This document shows, in pieces, positions 59,437 to 64,000 of a stretch of 64,000 bases of DNA. Under the pieces are notes generated by a model. The model saw only the letters and a list, made by a program, of their open reading frames with translations, was not told the origin of the DNA and did not search any database. Position 1 is the first letter of the stretch, and each line of letters starts with the position of its first letter. Location: NCBI GenBank assembly GCA_050010655.1, contig JBEKKP010000003.1:6498-70497 (forward strand). The letters are read 5' to 3'. Source of the stretch: Candidatus Dormibacteria bacterium (GTDB taxonomy: Bacteria; Chloroflexota; Dormibacteria; Aeolococcales; Aeolococcaceae). The position numbers and the translations under genes were made by a program.

Positions 59437-61374
59437 ATGAGGATCGGCCGCGGGAGACGTCCGCGCAGGCGCGACCCGAGGCGGCGCTTCCGTAATCACC
59501 TGCTCCTGGGCATGGTGACCGTCGCGTTGCTGCCGTTGCTCGCATTTGCGGTCCTTGCGGTGTTCGAGCTCGACACCGTTGCAAAAAGCACGGCCAACGC
59601 GACGGAAACGGCGATTCTGGGGCACCAGCAGAGCCTCGCCACCGCTGCGCTGGCCAGGCGCGCCGGCGTACTCGACGACACCATGAACTCGATCGACGGT
59701 GCGGTTCAGGAGGGGCTCGGCGGGGCGCTCACCAAGGCGATCCAGGCGACGCCGGCCAAGACGCCACTCCCCGCGACCCCGATGACGCCATTGAGCGCGG
59801 CATTCCAGTTCGTGTCCACCAGCACCAGCGCATTGAGCAGCACATTGATCGTCCCGACCGGCGTCACAACCGACGGACGCTTTGCGGCGGCAAGCGCCGA
59901 CCCCTCGATCGTCGCCCAGGTACAGGCGATTTTCAGGGCCAACAAGGCGATCCAGTCGGTGTGGTTTCAGGACGCCGCGACCGGGGCCATCCGGGCGTAC
60001 CCGGCGTTCGTCCCGAGCCCCCTCTACGATCCCGCCGCTCGCGCCAGGATTCTGAACGGGTCGGAGGGTGGTATCGCGGCCGCCAGCGCACCGAACGTGT
60101 GGATTCAGCAGGGCGCGCCCGGGCGGAGTGAAGACGGACCGTTCTGGACGGATCCGTATCCACTCCTCGAGAGCGGCACGACGACCGGCGTGAGTGCCTG
60201 GTATCAGAACCCATCGTCGATTCAGGTAGGCGTTGACGTCTCCATCCCTGCGCTCATCGCGCCGTCCCTGATCACCGGGGCTCCCGCCAACCTGAACCCG
60301 GTCGTCCTCAGCGCGACCGGAGCTGTGCTGTACAGCTCACCGGGCTCTTCGTCCGACTTCCCCTCCGGCTCGTCGACTTCGCCGACCCCACCCGCAAAGC
60401 CTTCCTTTGATTCCTCGCTTCGCCGCATAGAAATCACTGGGGCAACACCGGCAACGCCCCTCAGTGCGACCTTGGACAAGGTGAGCACGGACCTGTTCAC
60501 GTCACCCGTCTACAGCTCGCACTGGATCGTCCTGAACCCCGTTCCGGTCAACACCCTCGAGCCCAATCTGAGCCAGCTCACCCTTGGGGTCACGGACAGC
60601 GTCCATCGCCTCTTCCCGGTGATGGTCCTCCCAGTTCTGATCCTGCTCGTCGGACTCGCGTTCATCGCCACGACATTGCTCTCGCGCCGCATGTATCTCC
60701 CCGTGCAGGCGCTCACCGACCACGCAGTGCTCGAGGAGCGCACGCGCCTCGCCCGGGAGATCCACGACACGCTCGCGCAGCAGCTCACCGGCATCGTGCT
60801 CGAGCTCGAAGCCGCCGACACCCTCTTGAACCGGGGATCGGAAGGCCGTGCCAGGTCGTCCGTGGAGCGCGCTCGAGAGCTCGCGCGCGGCGCCCTTCAG
60901 GAGGCCCGCAGCTCGGTGTGGAACCTTCGTCCTGCACCGCTCTCAGCCACCGGTCTTGTTGCGGCGATCGGCCACGAGGTTGAAGCGTGGGAGGAGCGCA
61001 CGGGCATCCCTGCTCGTTTCCGGGCCCGCGCAGTGCCGCCGCACCCGCCGCTTTCGCCGACGGCCGAGGTCGCGCTCCTGCGCATCGGTCAGGAAGCGCT
61101 CTCGAACGCTGCACGGCACGGCAAGCCGGAACACGTCGACGTCGAGCTCCGGGCCCACGCGCAGGAACTCGTCCTCTCCGTCCGTGACGACGGGATCGGG
61201 TTCGACCCAGCGGCGAGTGCGCCCCGCGAGGACTGTTTCGGCCTCGACGGCATGGCCGAGCGCGCGCGCAACGCGGGCGGATCGCTGACCGTGGTGAGCG
61301 CTCCGGGCCAGGGCACCACGGTCACGACCCGCCTGCCATTCACGGAACGAGTCGTCGAGGCTGTGAGCGCGTGA
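59437..61374 (+). CDS. sensor histidine kinase (HisKA_3/NarX-type) with a large extracytoplasmic sensor domain
   Basis: Two TM segments flank a sensor domain of about 340 aa. H-box LAREIHDTLAQQL and an HATPase_c domain follow. Confidence 0.85.
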   Translation: MRIGRGRRPRRRDPRRRFRNHLLLGMVTVALLPLLAFAVLAVFELDTVAKSTANATETAILGHQQSLATAALARRAGVLDDTMNSIDGAVQEGLGGALTKAIQATPAKTPLPATPMTPLSAAFQFVSTSTSALSSTLIVPTGVTTDGRFAAASADPSIVAQVQAIFRANKAIQSVWFQDAATGAIRAYPAFVPSPLYDPAARARILNGSEGGIAAASAPNVWIQQGAPGRSEDGPFWTDPYPLLESGTTTGVSAWYQNPSSIQVGVDVSIPALIAPSLITGAPANLNPVVLSATGAVLYSSPGSSSDFPSGSSTSPTPPAKPSFDSSLRRIEITGATPATPLSATLDKVSTDLFTSPVYSSHWIVLNPVPVNTLEPNLSQLTLGVTDSVHRLFPVMVLPVLILLVGLAFIATTLLSRRMYLPVQALTDHAVLEERTRLAREIHDTLAQQLTGIVLELEAADTLLNRGSEGRARSSVERARELARGALQEARSSVWNLRPAPLSATGLVAAIGHEVEAWEERTGIPARFRARAVPPHPPLSPTAEVALLRIGQEALSNAARHGKPEHVDVELRAHAQELVLSVRDDGIGFDPAASAPREDCFGLDGMAERARNAGGSLTVVSAPGQGTTVTTRLPFTERVVEAVSA

Positions 61375-61973
61375 TCAGCGTCCTCGTCGCCGACGACCAT
61401 CCCGTGGTCCGCGACGGTCTTTGCACGATGCTCGAGCTCGAGCCGGACATCAAAGTAGTCGGGAGAGCCTCGGACGGCGTCGAGGCGGTTGAGCAAGCCC
61501 GGCGGACGCACCCCGACGTGATCCTTCTCGACGTCCAGATGCCCGTCATGGACGGCATCGAGGCGCTCCGCAAAATTCGCGCGCGCGACCCCGAAGCCCG
61601 CGTCATCGTCCTCACCACCTATCGCAACGAGGACTACATCTTTCCTTCGCTCAAGGCCGGCGCTCTCGGCTACCTGCTGAAGGACGCCACGCGCGAGGAG
61701 CTTGCCGGTGCCATCCGGGCTGTGGCCGCGGGCGAGTCGCTCCTGGACCCGCAGCTGGTCAGCGCCGCGGCCGAGAACATGCCCTCGATCACCCGCCGCG
61801 AGCGTGACGTGCTGCGGCTCATGGCGGACGGCAAGAACAACGCGGAGATCGCGGTCCTCCTCTTTCTGAGCGAGAACACCGTGAAGACGCACGTGAGCAA
61901 CATCCTCGAGAAGCTCGGATGCAAGGACCGCGCGGCAGCTGTGTTGCTTGCCTGGAGACGCCACATCATCTAG
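61371..61973 (+). CDS. response regulator, NarL/LuxR family
   Basis: Receiver domain (VLVADDHPVVRDG...ILLDVQMP) plus LuxR HTH (LSENTVKTHVSNILEKLG). GTG start overlaps the kinase stop (GTGA). Confidence 0.9.
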   Translation: MISVLVADDHPVVRDGLCTMLELEPDIKVVGRASDGVEAVEQARRTHPDVILLDVQMPVMDGIEALRKIRARDPEARVIVLTTYRNEDYIFPSLKAGALGYLLKDATREELAGAIRAVAAGESLLDPQLVSAAAENMPSITRRERDVLRLMADGKNNAEIAVLLFLSENTVKTHVSNILEKLGCKDRAAAVLLAWRRHII

Positions 61974-61995
61974 GCCCCCATAGACTGTCCCAGCA

Positions 61996-63279
61996 ATGGA
62001 ATCGGTGGGCGTTGGATTACTTGGTCTCGGCACGGTTGGTGTTGCCGTCGCGCGACGGCTCATCGAACAGTGGGAGTTGCTCGGCGAGCGCGCCGGCGCG
62101 ACGCCGGTGCTGCGTGTCGTGGCGGTGCGCGACGTCGCACGCTCGCGCGACATCGATCTGAAGAACGTACGCCTCGTCGACGATCCCATGGCGGTGGTGA
62201 ACGACCCGGCGGTGGCGATCGTGGTCGAGGTGATGGGTGGCCTCGATCCGGCGACGGCGCTGATCGAATCGGCTCTGCGCGCCGGCAAGACGGTGGTGAC
62301 GGCAAACAAAGCCGTCATCGCGGCATCGGGCCCGCGACTCACGGCGCTCGCGTCGGAGCACCACGCGAGACTGTACTTCGAGGGAAGTGTGGGCGCCGGG
62401 TTGCCGATCATCGCGTTGCTCCGAACGAGCCTGCTCGGGGACCGCATCGGCGCACTCGACTGCGTCATCAACGGCACCACCAACGTGATCCTCACCCAGA
62501 TGCGGGGCGCGGGTGTGAGCTTCGCGGGTGCCCTCGCCGACGCCCAGCGCCGTGGTTTTGCCGAGGCCGATCCATCGCTCGACGTTGACGGGTGGGACGC
62601 GGTGCAAAAGCTCGTGATCCTCGTGTGGCTTGCGTTTGGCGTGTCTGTGACGCCCGATGCCGTCGACCGTGTGGGCATTGGCGATGTGTCCGGCACCGAT
62701 GTCGCGGCCCTTGCGCAACTGGGCTATCGCGTTCGTCTGCTTGCGCACGCCGAGCACGGACCCGGCGACACGTTCCACCTTCGCGTGCGTCCGACTGCAG
62801 TGGGTCCCGGACACCTCCTCCACGATGTCGATGATGCAGACAATGCTGTCATCATCTCGAGCGACCTCGCGGGAACCGTGATGCTTCGCGGCCTCGGCGC
62901 CGGCGGCGATTCAACCGCGAGCGCGGTGGTGAGCGACGTTGTAACAGCAGTACGGGACAAGGGGGACCGGCCGGTGCAGAACGTCGCCGCCCGCGTCGAC
63001 CCGGCGGTGATGAGCCCCGAGGACGTCGAGGTCGCCGGGTATGTGCGCGTTCGCCTCTCGAGCGAGACCGAGGCGCGAGCCCTCGTGCTCCAGGCACTGG
63101 AGGACCGCGGGCTCGCCGTCGATGCCGCCGTCGACCTTCCCGGCTCGGAGCTCATCGTGCTCACCGGGCTCGCGCCGCGGGCGGTTCACGATCGAGCGAT
63201 GGAGACCCTTGACACACTCACATCGGTGGACGATATTCTCGGCGCCCTCGATCGGGTCGAGGCTCCGGCGGCGACGTGA
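61996..63279 (+). CDS. hom: homoserine dehydrogenase (with C-terminal ACT domain)
   Basis: [11 protein letters not shown]..., TANKAVIA and [10 protein letters not shown] motifs. Confidence 0.9.
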   Translation: MESVGVGLLGLGTVGVAVARRLIEQWELLGERAGATPVLRVVAVRDVARSRDIDLKNVRLVDDPMAVVNDPAVAIVVEVMGGLDPATALIESALRAGKTVVTANKAVIAASGPRLTALASEHHARLYFEGSVGAGLPIIALLRTSLLGDRIGALDCVINGTTNVILTQMRGAGVSFAGALADAQRRGFAEADPSLDVDGWDAVQKLVILVWLAFGVSVTPDAVDRVGIGDVSGTDVAALAQLGYRVRLLAHAEHGPGDTFHLRVRPTAVGPGHLLHDVDDADNAVIISSDLAGTVMLRGLGAGGDSTASAVVSDVVTAVRDKGDRPVQNVAARVDPAVMSPEDVEVAGYVRVRLSSETEARALVLQALEDRGLAVDAAVDLPGSELIVLTGLAPRAVHDRAMETLDTLTSVDDILGALDRVEAPAAT

Positions 63280-64000
63280 CCCTGCGTACTCAGGGCGTGA
63301 TCGCCCGCTTTGGGGAACGCCTCGCGCTCTCGCCACAGGCTCCGAGCATCAGCCTCGGGGAAGGCGGCACGCCGTGCGTGGAGTCGCTGACCATCGGCCC
63401 GTCACTGGGACTGGCTTCGCTGCACTTCAAGCTCGAAGGGCTGAACCCGACCGGCTCGTTCAAGGACCGGGGCATGGTCGTCGCCGTTGCTGCAGCGCTC
63501 CACGCAGGGAGCCGGGCGATCATCTGCGCGTCGACGGGGAATACCAGCGCCTCGGCTGCGGCGTACGGCGCGAGATTCGGCCTGCGCACGGTCGTCGTGG
63601 TGCCGCATGGCCATATCGCGTCGGGCAAGCTTGTCCAGGCCCGCGTGCACGGCGCGACCGTCGTGAGCGTCCAGGGCGGATTCGACGTTGCGCTGCGGAT
63701 CGTGCGCGAGCTCTGCGAGAGCCACCCGGTGACGCTCGTCAACAGCGTGAACCCATACCGGATCGAAGGCCAGAAGACTGCGGCCTTCGAGATCGTCGAG
63801 GAGCTCGGCGACGCCCCGGACGTCCTGGCGCTTCCTGTCGGCAACGCCGGCAACATCACGGCGTACTGGCGTGGTTTCCGTGAGGAGCACCGCGACGGGA
63901 GAGCGAGCCGCCTGCCTCGCATGATCGGCGGACAGGCATCGGGGGCCGCCCCTCTCGTACTGGGACACCCGGTCGGCGACCCGCAGACGGTCGCGACCGC
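63276..64000 (+). CDS. thrC: threonine synthase (3' end outside the window)
   Basis: GTG overlaps the hom stop. [10 protein letters not shown] and [17 protein letters not shown] (PLP lysine) motifs. The frame is open to the window end. Confidence 0.85.
   Translation, partial: MTLRTQGVIARFGERLALSPQAPSISLGEGGTPCVESLTIGPSLGLASLHFKLEGLNPTGSFKDRGMVVAVAAALHAGSRAIICASTGNTSASAAAYGARFGLRTVVVVPHGHIASGKLVQARVHGATVVSVQGGFDVALRIVRELCESHPVTLVNSVNPYRIEGQKTAAFEIVEELGDAPDVLALPVGNAGNITAYWRGFREEHRDGRASRLPRMIGGQASGAAPLVLGHPVGDPQTVAT

Noticed and set aside
1-64000. Search for mobile elements (transposase, integrase, phage genes), tRNA/rRNA and CRISPR repeats
   Set aside because: No ORF resembled DDE/serine/tyrosine recombinases. 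No clover-leaf-sized conserved stretches were seen in the few intergenic gaps. No spacer-separated short repeat arrays were found. The only mobile-like signal is the 126-bp inverted-repeat element at 19050-19175.

Overview
This is a high-GC (~70%) chromosomal segment that looks actinobacterial and is dominated by housekeeping genes. Purine biosynthesis genes sit in three separate minus-strand clusters: purM-purN-purH (779-3968), purB-purC-purS-purQ-purL-purF plus a threonine dehydratase (13636-21719), and guaB3-like-guaA-purD-purE (30220-34767). Other central-metabolism genes are a 2-oxoglutarate:ferredoxin oxidoreductase korAB preceded by an NADPH-linked GltD-like/ferredoxin fusion (4092-8741), a two-subunit biotin-dependent carboxylase (26215-29471), glutamate dehydrogenase, metH, infA, ltaE and hom-thrC (window ends inside thrC). 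Regulatory and envelope genes include two ECF sigma factors (one with a YciI partner, one with a 759-aa anti-sigma factor), a TetR fused to a beta-rich toastrack-like domain next to a DrrAB-like ABC exporter, a second TetR with a divergent tautomerase, a GGDEF diguanylate cyclase, a lysine-rich repetitive histone-H1-like protein, an SBP-TldD-PmbA-C26 peptidase-GT39 cluster, and an HK/LuxR two-component pair. I found no rRNA, tRNA, CRISPR array, transposase or integrase. I did not find a clear candidate for the undescribed system; the SBP-TldD-PmbA-C26-GT39 run and the DGC neighbourhood are the best leads. The other signals that stand out are a 126-bp inverted-repeat element inside the purS-purQ junction, coding tandem repeats in the histone-like gene, palindromic operator arrays, and a heptamer direct-repeat array in the thiolase leader. 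Many long antisense ORFs in the track are high-GC artefacts.
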